Shown here: in pieces, positions 41,392 through 52,609 of the stretch
Layout: each line of letters starts with the position of its first letter
How positions within the stretch are numbered: position 1 is the stretch's first letter
Source: Dictyostelium discoideum
Taxonomy: Eukaryota
Length of the DNA stretch: 64,000 nucleotides
Direction of reading: 5' to 3'
NCBI GenBank assembly: GCA_000004695.1
Contig: CM000154.2
Span: 2,272,001-2,336,000 of the forward strand
Program-made: the position numbers and the translations under genes
The notes under the pieces: generated by a model
What the model was told of the DNA's origin: nothing
Database searches by the model: none
Seen by the model: only the letters and a program-made list of their open reading frames with translations

Positions 41392-41816
41392 ATAAATAAA
41401 AAAAAAAAAAGTTTAATTTTTTTTATTTTTTTTATCTGGTTATATAAATTTTGGACGTAAAGGTTTTTTTCCTTTTTTTTTTTTTTTTTTTTTCATTTTA
41501 TATTTATTTATTTTTTTATTTTTTATATTTTTAAAAAATAAAGAATTGTAAATAAATAAAAAAAAAAAAAAAAATTAAATTAATTAAAACTGTTTTATCC
41601 TTTTTTTAAAGAACTTTTTTTTTTTTGGAGAAAATATTGTCGTTGATGTGCGGAAAAAATAATTTATTAGATATTTTGGTTTCAAAGAGTAATCGCGATC
41701 AAATATTTTTTTTATTTTTTTTTTTTATTTTTTTTTTTTTATTTTTATTTTTTTTTTAGGGTTTTTTATAAATAGCTTTTATTTTTATCGAAAAAAAAAA
41801 AAAAAAAATAATAAAG

Positions 41817-42440
41817 ATGGAATATAAAAAAAATTCCATTCAATTTTTTACAAATATGGTTATTAATCGTTGGAGTGTATATATTTATTATGGCTTGCTT
41901 AATAATTTTTAAAAAAAAAAATTTTGTAATAAAGACATTATATTCATTGGAGCCGGAAAATGGTAAAATTATTTGAAAATAGATTTAATTGAAAAAAAAA
42001 AAAAAAATACAGGAGACTAAAAATAATCTAATAACTCACTTATAAAAAAAAAAATAAAAAATAAAAAATAAAAATTAAAAAGTTTCAGATCTTACTGCCC
42101 GAATCCTTTTCTTATGTAATATAAAATTTATAAATTCAATTTAATTTTTTTTTTTTTTTTTTTTTTAACACAAATTATTAATATTAATAGATTTAATTAT
42201 TATTATTATTTTTTTTATTTAGGGGTTTTTGGTAATTGGATACTCACCATCTCTAATGCTTTGAATTATGAAAAAAATAGTTTATTCTATTTAACTTGGT
42301 TTTCCTTTGTAGTTGGTCTAACTCATTATGCCTTTGAGTTTTTTTACTATAATACAAACAACTTTAAAAATAATATTTCACAACTATTTTTTGCTGGACC
42401 AGCTGTTTTCTTTATGGCAATTAGAATTTTATATTTATAA
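41817..42440 (+). CDS. Small multi-pass membrane protein, tandem copy 1 (frame-disrupted near the N-terminus as assembled; possible pseudogene or assembly error). Two exons: start unclear..41962, 42223..42440
   Basis: Exon 2 VFGNWILTISNALNYEKNSLFYLTWFSFVVGLTHYAFEFFYYNTNNFKNNISQLFFAGPAVFFMAIRILYL parallels copy 2. Exon 1 frame (..IWLLIVGVYIFIMACLIIFKKKNFVIKTLYSLEPENG, donor GTAAAA at 41963) is offset from ATG 41817 by an A8 run at 41826-41833. An alternative in-frame start is the ATG at MACLIIF. Confidence 0.4.
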
Positions 42441-42832
42441 AATATGTGAAATAATTTTTATATACATAAAATTAATTAAAAAAAAAAAAAAAAAAAAAAT
42501 AATAAAGATGTGCAATTAAAAAGAAAGAAAAAAAAATTCATATACTAAAATCTTACTAATTTAATTATCTTTTAATTTAAATTATTTTTTTCAAATGGTT
42601 TTGCTTATTAATAGTTTTAGTTTAAATTTTTTTTTCCTTTTACCAGATAGTCTTTTTTTTTTGTTTTTAAAATTATTTAAAAAAAAAAAAAAATAAAATT
42701 AAATAAAGATTGTATATTTTTTTTTAATTAATAAAAAAGAAAATTTTCAATTTAATTAATATTTAGATTTTTAAATAATAAATTTTAAGTAAATAAAATT
42801 TTTAATAAAAAAAAAAATATAGTTTTAAGAAA

Positions 42833-42956
42833 ATGGAAACATTTGCAATTTGGTTATTAATGGTTGGATTATATAGAGTTTTTATGAGTTTTTTGATTTT
42901 GATACAAACTGATGTTCTAAAAAAAGTTATCTACCCTTTAAAACCAATTGAAGGTA

Positions 42957-43004
<48 letters not shown>

Positions 43005-43321
43005 TTATAGTTTATTTTGCCAAAATTTTTTTTTTTATAATTAATTAAAATAACTTTTTTTTTTATATAGTTTCACCACTATTTTGCAGAATGGCTTTTA
43101 TGTGGGTAATTTCAAATGCAATTTTAACTATTACCACTTCACTAAATATGGATAATAAACCGTTATATTTCATAACATGGTTAACTTTTGTGATTGGTTT
43201 ATCACATTTTATGTTAGAGCAATTTTATTTCAAAACAAATACATTAAAAAGTAATTTATCACAATTATTTTTTGCAACTCCTTGTTTGGTTATTATGGGA
43301 ATAAAATTATTGAATTGGTAA
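42833..43321 (+). CDS. Small multi-pass membrane protein, tandem copy 2 (about 123 aa). Two exons: 42833..42953, 43071..43321
   Basis: METFAIWLLMVGLYRVFMSFLILIQTDVLKKVIYPLKPIE, donor GTAATT at 42954 (phase 1), acceptor tatatag at 43070. VSPLFCRMAFMWVISNAILTITTSLNMDNKPLYFITWLTFVIGLSHFMLEQFYFKTNTLKSNLSQLFFATPCLVIMGIKLLNW. Four predicted TM helices. Confidence 0.55.
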
Positions 43322-43721
43322 AAAAAAAAAATAAAAAAATAATCTATTTTTAGAAAAAAAGAAATCATTTTAAAAATAGAAAATAAAATAAAAAAAAAAA
43401 TAAATTAAAAAATATTTATAATTTGTTAAAATCTCCACTCAATTACAAAGAGAGAGAGGGAGGAAGTTCGTTTTTTATTTAATTTTATTTACGCATGTGG
43501 TGTATATATAAATATAGTAAAAGTATAATTTTTTAAGTTCACTAGAGAAAAGTATATACTTTTTTTTTTTATTTTTTTTATTTGTATGTTTTTATTTAAT
43601 AGTTTTAAATATTTCAAATTACTTATTTGATATTCTTTATTTTATTTTTTTTTCTTTTTTTTTCTTTTTTACTTTTTTTTTTCTTTTTTTTTTCTTCTTT
43701 TTTGATTTTCTTCTCAACCAT

Positions 43722-43887
43722 TTAAACATGTAGTTCACTAGGAGTTGGACTACTATTATTTGAATTATTACTGGAATTATTTGAATCTTTTTTCCCTCTT
43801 TTGAATTTCTTTATATGTTTTCCATTCTCTAACTGTTCTTCTTCTTCTTCTGATGCACTTGATAATTCATTTTCATCATTTTGATTG

Positions 43888-43973
<86 letters not shown>

Positions 43974-44155
43974 GTTACTATTATTATTATTTAATTTTTT
44001 ATTTGGTGATTCATCGCAACCATTAATATCTTTGTCTATTGAAGTTGGTCCATTACTTTTATCAATTTTCTTTGAAACAACAGATTCATTTTTTTCATAA
44101 TCCAATTTTCTTTTTGGTGTTGTTTTCCTATTATCTCCAATCTCTTGATTATTGC

Positions 44156-44186
<31 letters not shown>

Positions 44187-47158
44187 TGAATTATTACTTT
44201 TACCATTAAAAACAGTTTCGTCTGGCTGTGATTGGTTTTCTTTTTTAATATCTTTGGGTTGTTTTTCTTTAACTTTTTCATCTATTTCTTCCATTTCTAA
44301 ATTCTCTTTCATTTCATCTTGTTTTTCTATTTTTTCATCTTCGTTTATTTTATCACTATTGTTTTTGTTGTTACTTTTATCTTGAACATCGTCATTATTT
44401 TCATTATTTTCATTATTACCATTATTATTAAGATGATTTTTATTTTCTATATCGCTATTATTATCATTATCATTGTCATTATCATTATTATCATTATCAT
44501 CATTATCACTATCATTATTTTCTTTCATTATTTCATCTTTTTTTTCATTTTTATCTATTATTTCATGTTTTTCAACAATATCATCACTTTCTACAGATTT
44601 ATTAATTTCATCATCTTCATCATCTTCGTCTTCATAATCTACAATCTTTATATGACTACTACCATTTCCATTATTAGTATTTTCATTATCCTTTTCTATA
44701 TTATCATCATTTTTCTCCATATTATTTTCATTATTTGTACAAATTTGTTTATTATTATTATTGTTATTATTATTATTATTAATTGAAATCGGAATTAATT
44801 CATCTTCATCATCAGAATCTTCAGAATCATCATCTCTATTAAAATAAGCTTCTTCTTCTTCCTCATCGATTTCTCTTTGAGTTCTTTGATAATTATGATT
44901 AATTTTATTATTACCAATGATAGGTTTGCTATCAATATCATTGCTACTGCTATCGTTATTATTACAAGATGTTTCTGGACTTTCAAATGAAGAATCCTTA
45001 ATTTGTTCATACTTTAAAATCAATTGTTTTAAAACGTCGGTATAGGTTACCGATTCAAACAATTCTCTATACCTTTCGACTAAATAAACAATTAAATCCC
45101 TAATGTTCTCTTTGTAGATGTATTGAAATAGTTCTATGATTGCTGAATTTAATAGATTATACCTAGAAATGTTTGATTTGAAAACTTCAATGATTGGTTC
45201 AAATAGATTCTCTTGAATGATATGTTGATTATATAGGTCATCTTTCATATTTACCATTGATCTAAAAAATCTAATTGATCCAAGTATTAAATATCTTTCA
45301 CTATTTCCACCACCACCACCACCACCCCCACTACCTGTAGGGTTCGTATACCTTAATATCTTTTTTGCAATACCTTCTTCAACTATAAAATGTTTAATAC
45401 GATAGCAATGATGTTTAATACAATAGATTACCAACTCCATTATATTATAGAGTACAAATGAATCTAAATTACTACTTGGATCACCTGGTATTGTAGGCTC
45501 TCCTTTATAAACTTCATTCAATGGTGATACTAATAAATCTATACCTTTATCATAAAATAATCTAAAGAAATCGCTTGACTAATAATTATTCAGAAAAAAA
45601 AAAAAAAAAAAAAAAAGTTTAATATTTAAAAATATATATGTAAATAAATAATAATTTGTTTGATTTTCTTTTTTTTTTTTTTTTTTGAAAATTACTTACA
45701 TCATAAGAATCAGCTTCCAATAAAGTTTTAATAATTTCAACAATTTGATTTTTAACACCAATATCTTTATCAGTTATGAATAAATTTATTAATTGAACCA
45801 AGAATTTACTATTTCCACTGGTTGGAGAACATAGATATGATCTTAAAATTTCTGGATCATGTAATAATGTCGATAATACAATCTCTGTACATGATACTCT
45901 GGTTTGTACATTTTCATCATCCAAGATTGCTGATAAAGTTTTAAATAATCCTAATGAAACTACAACTGTAAAAAATGTTGATTTACTTTGAATTTGTAAT
46001 CCTTTTGCTAAATTACATAAATCTTGAAGAAATAATATTAAATCTTTTCTTTCTTCTGAATTCTTTTCACTTTTTTGGATTTCTGAAAATCTAATTTTAA
46101 AAAAAAAAAAAAAATATATAATATATTTTTAGGTTTGGTATTAATAATATGAATCAATCAAATTTGAATTCTTCCTAATCTATCTATCTTTATCACTCCT
46201 CTCTCCATCTCTCTCTCTAGCTTTTTTTATATTTTAAAATAAATCCTTACAAATTTTCTAAAAAATCTGAATCATTTTGAATTTGTGAAACTATATCTAT
46301 ATTATTAAAATAAATTAATGAATTTAATGATGAGAAAGTGACATCATCCAATACTCTTGGTAAAACAACATCTTTTAGATATTGAATTCTAAATGTTTGA
46401 TGAATAGTTCCAATTAATGATTTTGATGGGAACTTTATAACTTGTTTAAAAACTACTTGTTGATTTAAAAATTCTCTATGTTTAATTCTATTATTTTCTG
46501 AAATTTCTGGGTCATCTAAAAATTAAATTTAATTAATTAAAAAAAAAAATAGTTAATAACAAAAAAAAAAAAAAAAAAGTTAATACAAAACCTTAAATAA
46601 AAATAAAAAAAAAAAAAATATTTACATTCTAATGCACCCATAACTCTTACTAAATAATCTTCTGATAAAATAACCTCTAAAATTGATGTATCATTGAATA
46701 AAACTGTAAAAAAAAAAAAAAAAAAGAAAGAAAAATGTTAGGTTTATTTTTTTTTTTTTTTTTCAAACTGTAGGTGTGGGTAAATGGTTTTTTTTTTTTT
46801 TTTTTTAATTTAAAATTATTATTTATAAAAAAAAAAAAAAATACATACTAAGGTTTTTAAAAATATTGAATATTTGAAACAAGTGAACTCCTCCTTCACC
46901 TGATTTTTCAATTTCATCAAATAAATCTAATAATGATCTTACTAAATCCTATTTTTTAAAAATAATAAAAAAAAAAAATGTTAGGGAATTGGTTGCATTG
47001 GGGTTTTTGGTGCAATTGTGAATATAAAAAAAAAAAAAATGTTTTTTTTTTGAATTTTGTTTATTTTAGGATGTGCAAAGTAAATTAAAAAAAAAAAAAA
47101 AAACCACCATGTTGTTAAGATTATGTGATTGGTTTGATTTGATTTTTTTTTTTTTTTT

Positions 47159-47195
<37 letters not shown>

Positions 47196-47653
47196 ATCAT
47201 TACCTCTTTAAAAATTGAATTTATAATTTTATCTTTATCTAACATTGGTAATGAAGCTTCTAATAATTCATTAATTGTTTGAAGATTATTGATTGAAACT
47301 GGTGGTAAATCTAAATCTACACTATCACAACTACCAGTTCTTTGATTTTGATATTGTAATATGTTCTCCCAAATATCCTGACAACCCAATGAATCTTGAA
47401 ATGATAGGGCTAAATCTAATTGTGAATCTGGTTCTGTCCAAACGATTAAGGAATCTTGTTGTTTTTGATATATATCCTCTGCTGATAGTCGAGTTTGTAA
47501 AATTACACTGTTATCACTCTCTGATCTAACAATTAATCCCATTGCACATAATGCATCTACATATATACATGATACATGACCTGTACCTTTATCATCCCAC
47601 TTTCCGCTATTATCTAATTGATAGACTTTAACTCTTTTTCTAAGTGGTTCCAT
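43722..47653 (-). CDS. smkA: SMEK / protein phosphatase 4 regulatory subunit 3 (PP4R3). Six exons: 47204..47653, 46849..46948, 46626..46703, 46251..46515, 45700..46090, 43722..45578
   Basis: N-terminal EVH1-like MEPLRKRVKVYQLDNSGKWDDKGTGHVSCIYVD (compare human SMEK1 [23 protein letters not shown]). Donors GTAATG, GTATGT, GTAAAT, GTAAGG, GTAAGT; all acceptors (T)nAG. Phases 0,1,1,2,0 close one frame of about 1047 aa. The armadillo-like middle spans ORF-track pieces 45619..45924 and 43722..45521. Long acidic/Asn-rich C-terminal tail. Confidence 0.85.
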
Positions 47654-49010
47654 TATTTATGTTTTTATATAATATATTTATTATTTTTATATTTATAGTT
47701 TAGTTTTGTTTTTTTTTTTTTTGTTGTTGTTGTTGCTTTTGTTGTTGTTGTTATTGTTATTGTTGTGTTTTGTTTATTAATTTTGTGTGTAGGAAATTAT
47801 AATGATTTTTTAAATATATATATATTAATGACCATATATTTTTAAAAAAATATTATAATTATTTTTATTATTATTATTATTACTGTTTAACTACTATACA
47901 TAAAATATAACATATAAATACACAATAAATGATATTGTGCTATGGCGATTGGTTTGTAGGTGTTGATGTTGGTGTTGATATTAGTGTTGGTGTTGTTTTC
48001 TTATTGACTATTGTTATTTTTTATTATGATTTTTTATTTTTATTTTTTTTTTTTTTACTAATTTAACAAATTAACTTCTAAAATTTTTAAATTTTTAAAT
48101 TTTTTTTTTTTTTTTTTTTTTAATTTAAAATTATTAGTATTATTAATAAAATAATAATAATAATAAAAAAACAATCCCTTCTTTAAGTAGTTTGTGTTTG
48201 TGTGTGAGTGTGAATATGATGTTATTGTTGTTTAATTAATTATTATTTTAATTTTTGTTGTTTTGTGTGTCTGCACCCTTATTAATAAAAATAAAAATAA
48301 AAATAAAAATAAAAATAAAAATAAAAAAAAAAAAAATTTAAAATTTTTTTTTTTTTTTTTTTTTTGTTTTTTTTATTTTTTTTTATTTTTTTTTTTTATT
48401 TTTTTAAATTTTTTTTTTTTTTTTATTAAATATTTTATACTCATATATGGAAGTAAAATTTAAAACATCCACAATTGTGGTTTTGATAAAAACAAAATTT
48501 TAAAAAAAAAAAAAAAAAAATTAAAACAAAGAAATTTTCGTAAGAATCTGATAATCAGATCTATTTTTTATTTTTATTTTTTTTTTAAAAAATGATGGAA
48601 TTGAAGTTTTAACTTTATTTTATAAAAAAAATAAAATAATAATAAATAAAAAAAAAAAAAAATAAATAATATTAAATAATTAAATAATAGTCATAGTATA
48701 AAAAAAAAACTTCCAAAAAAAAAAAAAAAAAAATTTTTTTTTAAACATTTACTGGAAACTGATGGTCATATTCCAATGATTGCAATCACTCAAATATAAA
48801 CAATGTTAAGAAATTAATAATTAAATTTATGGAATTTAATCCTTTTATTCAACAACAGCAACAACAAATCCTACTACTACAACAACAACGATAGGATGAC
48901 AGCAGAAACCACAGCAACGAATTATTTATCAATTAATGAATAGATTTCCAAATTTTGTTTGAATATCAAAAATGAGAAGGAGCTATTTTCCAAAAAAAAA
49001 CATAAAAAGT

Positions 49011-49083
49011 GCCTGGATGGCTCAGTAGGCAGAGCGAGCGGCTGTTAACCGCTAGGTCCATGGTTCGATCCCATGTCTAGGCG
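49011..49083 (+). tRNA. tRNA-Asn (anticodon GTT)
   Basis: Cloverleaf by eye: acceptor gcctgga / tctaggc (one G-U pair), D-arm gctcagtaggcagagc, anticodon stem agcgg / ccgct with loop ctGTTaa, T-arm catggttcgatcccatg, discriminator g. No intron, no encoded CCA. Confidence 0.9.
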
Positions 49084-49161
49084 ATAATTTTTTGGTTTTT
49101 TTAAATTATATAGAAAAAGGATCTAACAAAAGAAAGAAACATATCAGTATCCGTTCAACAA

Positions 49162-49217
49162 AAAAAACCGCACCGCGATCAAGAGGATAAAAAAACCGCA
49201 CCGCGATCAAGAGGATA
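49162..49217 (+). repeat. 2 x 28-bp direct tandem repeat in the retrotransposon 5' UTR (A-module-like)
   Basis: aaaaaaccgcaccgcgatcaagaggata occurs twice in tandem. Confidence 0.8.
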
Positions 49218-49359
49218 CAAGATACACGTGAAAAGTAATTCATCCTTTTCTATCCTTAATCTCGGTCAATTTTAACCAATCTTTCAAAAAAAATCACCAA
49301 TCCACCACGATCTACAGATCTAATTTACCAAATCGCCGATTCAAAGGAATCCCATCGAG

Positions 49360-50253
49360 ATGAATTCCTACGCAGACGCGGCTAAAATGGCCAACCCCTC
49401 CACCCATATGGACGAGGCATCAGAGAACTTCATTAAGGAATTCTCCACAAAAACAGCAGAGATAAAGGAGACCTACCCCAAATTATCAATAGGCCTCAAA
49501 GACATCTCCAAATACTGCGAGACCATATTGAACATGACTGCTCTCTCAACCTACGAGAAAAACAACGGATTCTACCCAATTACACTCGAATTCCCCAAAA
49601 TGGATCTCATGGGGTTAGAAGAAATGAGAAAAACACTCTCAAACTACGATATCCCAATCGACAAGATATACATAGGCAAAGGAACTAGAAAAACGATCCA
49701 CCTGATGATTAAAAACGAACAATCTCTCCTAAATATCATTAGAGATAGAAGCAAATTGGGAACCTTCATCACCTCCAGTAGAGACTACCACGTCCTCACA
49801 GGAAGAGTAAGAATTCCAAGAGAAAAGGCAGGAATAGTGGATGCCCTCATCAAAACTGCCTTTGCAGAAGAAATACCCTATGCAATATACCATACTATAT
49901 ACTCCACCGACCACCTCCTAGTATTCGGTCTAATAGAATGCAAAATAGGCGATCAAATGAAATCTGGCCAACACAATACAGAAATCGCCAACTTTACCAT
50001 CAGAACGGCCACCAAAACCTACTCCTCACAAAAGAAAAATAAGAAAGTAGAGTCAAACAACACGGAAGAACCATTAGAAGANNNNNNNNNNNNNNNNNNN
50101 NNNNNNNNNNNNNNNNNNNNNNNNNNNNNNNNNNNNNNNNNNNNNNNNNNNNNNNNNNNNNNNNNNNNNNNNNNNNNNNNNATTCTACAAGTACCACATC
50201 AACTCAATAGCAAGAATATTGACTATAGCTTTCAACGACCTCCTCACAAATAA
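49360..50253 (+). CDS. Retrotransposon ORF1 (interrupted by an assembly gap)
   Basis: 297-codon ORF MNSYADAAKMANPSTHMDEASENFIKEF... containing a 99-N run (translated as X). GC-richer codons (CCC, CTC, ACC, GGC) unlike the flanking host genes. Confidence 0.6.
   Translation: MNSYADAAKMANPSTHMDEASENFIKEFSTKTAEIKETYPKLSIGLKDISKYCETILNMTALSTYEKNNGFYPITLEFPKMDLMGLEEMRKTLSNYDIPIDKIYIGKGTRKTIHLMIKNEQSLLNIIRDRSKLGTFITSSRDYHVLTGRVRIPREKAGIVDALIKTAFAEEIPYAIYHTIYSTDHLLVFGLIECKIGDQMKSGQHNTEIANFTIRTATKTYSSQKKNKKVESNNTEEPLEXXXXXXXXXXXXXXXXXXXXXXXXXXXXXXXXXXILQVPHQLNSKNIDYSFQRPPHK
50083..50181. other. Assembly gap (99 N) inside the retrotransposon
   Basis: Run of n characters in the sequence. Confidence 1.
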
Positions 50254-52270
50254 GAAAGAAATCCCCACAAAATTCAAAGAAGGAGTAATAACAACAATAT
50301 TCAAAAAAGGAGATGAACTAAACATTTCAAATAGAAGACCAATCACCCTTCTCAATACAGATTACAAAATTTTAAGCAAAATTCTCAACAGTAGATTATT
50401 AGATATCACCAGTAAAATTATCAACAAATTTCAAAACGGCTTTGTTCCAAACAGGTTCATCCAAGACAATATTCAGATCATGAAGGAAGTAATAGAAATA
50501 AGTAACAAAAGAAAGAACAATACACTCATTACCTTTTACGATTTTAACAAAGCATTCGATTCAATCAGCCACAAGAGTATCACAAGAACATTAGAGCATA
50601 TTGGTATCCCCCCAAAATTCACAGCGATCCTACTAAACCTACTCAAAGATACTAAAAACAAAATAAAGATCAACGACTTTTTAGTCAATGGAATAACAAT
50701 CAGAAGAGGAACAAAACAAGGAGACCCAATATCACCAACAATCTTTGCTCTAGTTTTAGAACCACTTCTAATAGATATCATCAATGATAATACAATCAAA
50801 GGCTTCACTCTACCAAATTCCAAATCATTAAAACTCACTGCATTTGCTGACGACATAGCAACATTTACAAACTCCACTGAAGAACTAATGAAAATTAATA
50901 CTAAAATCCAAAAGTACTGCTCAGCAACATCATCATCGTTAAACAAAGAGAAAACAGTAATGATAGCAATAGGAGATAAACCACACGATCTACCATTCCA
51001 AGAGAGTACAGTCCCAGAAAGATATCTTGGCCTCAATTTCACCAAAACAGGTTTAAATTCAAAATACAACACTTTAATCCAAGAAATGAAAAACAATCTA
51101 ATCAAATGGAAATCACAAGCAATAACGATGAAGGCAAAGATGACAATTCTCAAAACATACGTTCTATCCAAATTAACATACCATCAATACATGGATAATC
51201 TAAATGAAGAACAAATTGAGGAAATCAATAACATGACCAGATGGTTCTTATTCTCCTCAGTTAAGAATACATATACAGAAGAGAGAAAATACAAAACTAT
51301 GATGAAAATAGACAGAGCATATGCAGATTGGAAAGAAGGAGGCATAAAATTATGGGATATAGAACTAAGACATATAGCATTCAAAATCTGGTACATGAAC
51401 AGGCTACTCCATAACAACTACAACAACAACAACAATACCTTACAAGAATGGTACATGGAGCAATTAAGTAGAAAAAAAGCCCACACTTCAACCCTCAACG
51501 ATATGTGCAGACACTGGGGTGTATTCAGAGTCAAATTTTACCAAAACCATCCAAAGATAAATGAACTTCCAGACTGTATAAGAAACGACAATGACGAACC
51601 ACTAAAACTGAAAGAAATTTACGAACTCATGATCAAAGACAGACACCCAACACCAAGAAGAACAGAATGGCAGAAGTTATGGGCGGTGAGATACAACACA
51701 GCAATACACAAAGTATTCATAAACATCAACAGCATTTCTCACCAAAAAGGTAGAAACACCCTCTTCAGATTCTTCTCAAGATCACTTCCAGGTATCAACC
51801 ACGAAAGAGACACCAGATGCAAGATCTGTGGCCACCTATTCAGAGACCCTTATTCTCACCTCTTCACTCTATGCCAAGATATCCTAGATATTGAAAAAAC
51901 CATCATATCAACAGTTAACAAATTATCATTCATCAAAATCCACAGATGGTCAATGGATACCTTAGACATATCAAAATACAACAGAACTGAGAGAATCTTC
52001 CCCAATCTCATAGGAATAATAGCACACCAATTATGGAAGATAATCTGTCACAAATTGTTCAACACTGATGAAAGCAAACCAGAGCCAAAATTCGAACAAA
52101 AGGTCATAGAAACAGAATTACTAAATCTCATCGAAACTGAAAAATTCATCACACTAAAGAAAATCAAACACGACGAAGCAATACTAAAAAACACCAATCA
52201 AGATCTTCACAAATACAAATTCAACAAAGCCTGGCAAACCCCAGCAGCTCCGAACCCTCTTCCAATTTAA
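50219..52270 (+). CDS. Retrotransposon ORF2, reverse-transcriptase domain (the N-terminal endonuclease part is probably lost in or upstream of the gap)
   Basis: RT motifs RPITLLNTDYKILSKILNSRL, TFYDFNKAFDSISH, RRGTKQGDPISPTIFALVLEPL, LTAFADDIATF (YXDD-type FADD box). C-terminal Cys/His-rich CKICGHLFRDPYSHLFTLC. Overlaps ORF1 in a different frame. Confidence 0.75.
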   Translation: MTIAFNDLLTNKKEIPTKFKEGVITTIFKKGDELNISNRRPITLLNTDYKILSKILNSRLLDITSKIINKFQNGFVPNRFIQDNIQIMKEVIEISNKRKNNTLITFYDFNKAFDSISHKSITRTLEHIGIPPKFTAILLNLLKDTKNKIKINDFLVNGITIRRGTKQGDPISPTIFALVLEPLLIDIINDNTIKGFTLPNSKSLKLTAFADDIATFTNSTEELMKINTKIQKYCSATSSSLNKEKTVMIAIGDKPHDLPFQESTVPERYLGLNFTKTGLNSKYNTLIQEMKNNLIKWKSQAITMKAKMTILKTYVLSKLTYHQYMDNLNEEQIEEINNMTRWFLFSSVKNTYTEERKYKTMMKIDRAYADWKEGGIKLWDIELRHIAFKIWYMNRLLHNNYNNNNNTLQEWYMEQLSRKKAHTSTLNDMCRHWGVFRVKFYQNHPKINELPDCIRNDNDEPLKLKEIYELMIKDRHPTPRRTEWQKLWAVRYNTAIHKVFININSISHQKGRNTLFRFFSRSLPGINHERDTRCKICGHLFRDPYSHLFTLCQDILDIEKTIISTVNKLSFIKIHRWSMDTLDISKYNRTERIFPNLIGIIAHQLWKIICHKLFNTDESKPEPKFEQKVIETELLNLIETEKFITLKKIKHDEAILKNTNQDLHKYKFNKAWQTPAAPNPLPI

Positions 52271-52275
52271 GTAGT

Positions 52276-52340
<65 letters not shown>

Positions 52341-52498
52341 GTTTAAAAAATTTAATACAATTGAATAATAAAAATAAAACCGTTTAACAAACACCGCCGA
52401 AAAGACACAAGGACATTCCTTGAAGGTCTGATCACAGGTAAAAAAAAAAAAAAGAAAAAGGATCTAAAGAAACTCTGTGTTCCTTGAATACCAGTTGA

Positions 52499-52609
52499 AT
52501 ATAACCAAAAATATCAACATATAACAATATAAAAATTTAAAAATTTAAAAATTTAAAAATGTAATAAAATATAACAATACACCGCTTTTAGGTAAAAAAA
52601 AAAAAAAAA
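52499..52609 (+). mobile_element. 5'-truncated retroelement 3' fragment (about 111 bp ending in A16) flanked by a 16-bp target-site duplication
   Basis: cttgaataccagttga at 52483-52498 and 52610-52625. The insert ends ..aatataacaatacaccgcttttaggt + A16 and resembles the 3' module of the upstream element (..acaccgcc..aggt + An). Confidence 0.55.

Larger units (their letters stand above)
49127..52452 (+). mobile_element. tRNA-gene-targeted non-LTR retrotransposon (TRE3-type) inserted downstream of tRNA-Asn, flanked by a 15-bp target-site duplication
   Basis: Direct repeat agaaaaaggatctaa at 49112-49126 and 52453-52467. Internal 28-bp tandem repeat (A-module-like) near the 5' end. ORF1 and overlapping ORF2 with reverse-transcriptase motifs. 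A-rich tract after the ORF2 stop, then a short GC-containing 3' module ..accgtttaacaaacaccgccgaaaagacacaaggacattccttgaaggtctgatcacaggt and terminal oligo(A) at 52440-52452. Codon usage is GC-richer than the host genes. Same orientation as the tRNA. Confidence 0.75.

Noticed and set aside
42328-42519. ORF 42328..42519 (MPLSFFTIIQTT...)
   Set aside because: Wrong frame of exon 2 of the first small membrane-protein gene. The frame continuing from the 42223 acceptor matches the paralog.
44036-45010. ORFs on both strands inside the smkA last exon
   Set aside because: Antisense or alternative frames of the acidic/Asn-rich tail-coding region.
50000-51417. Minus-strand ORFs 50000..50197, 50536..51171, 51184..51417
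   Set aside because: Antisense to retrotransposon ORF1/ORF2. One of them spans the N gap.
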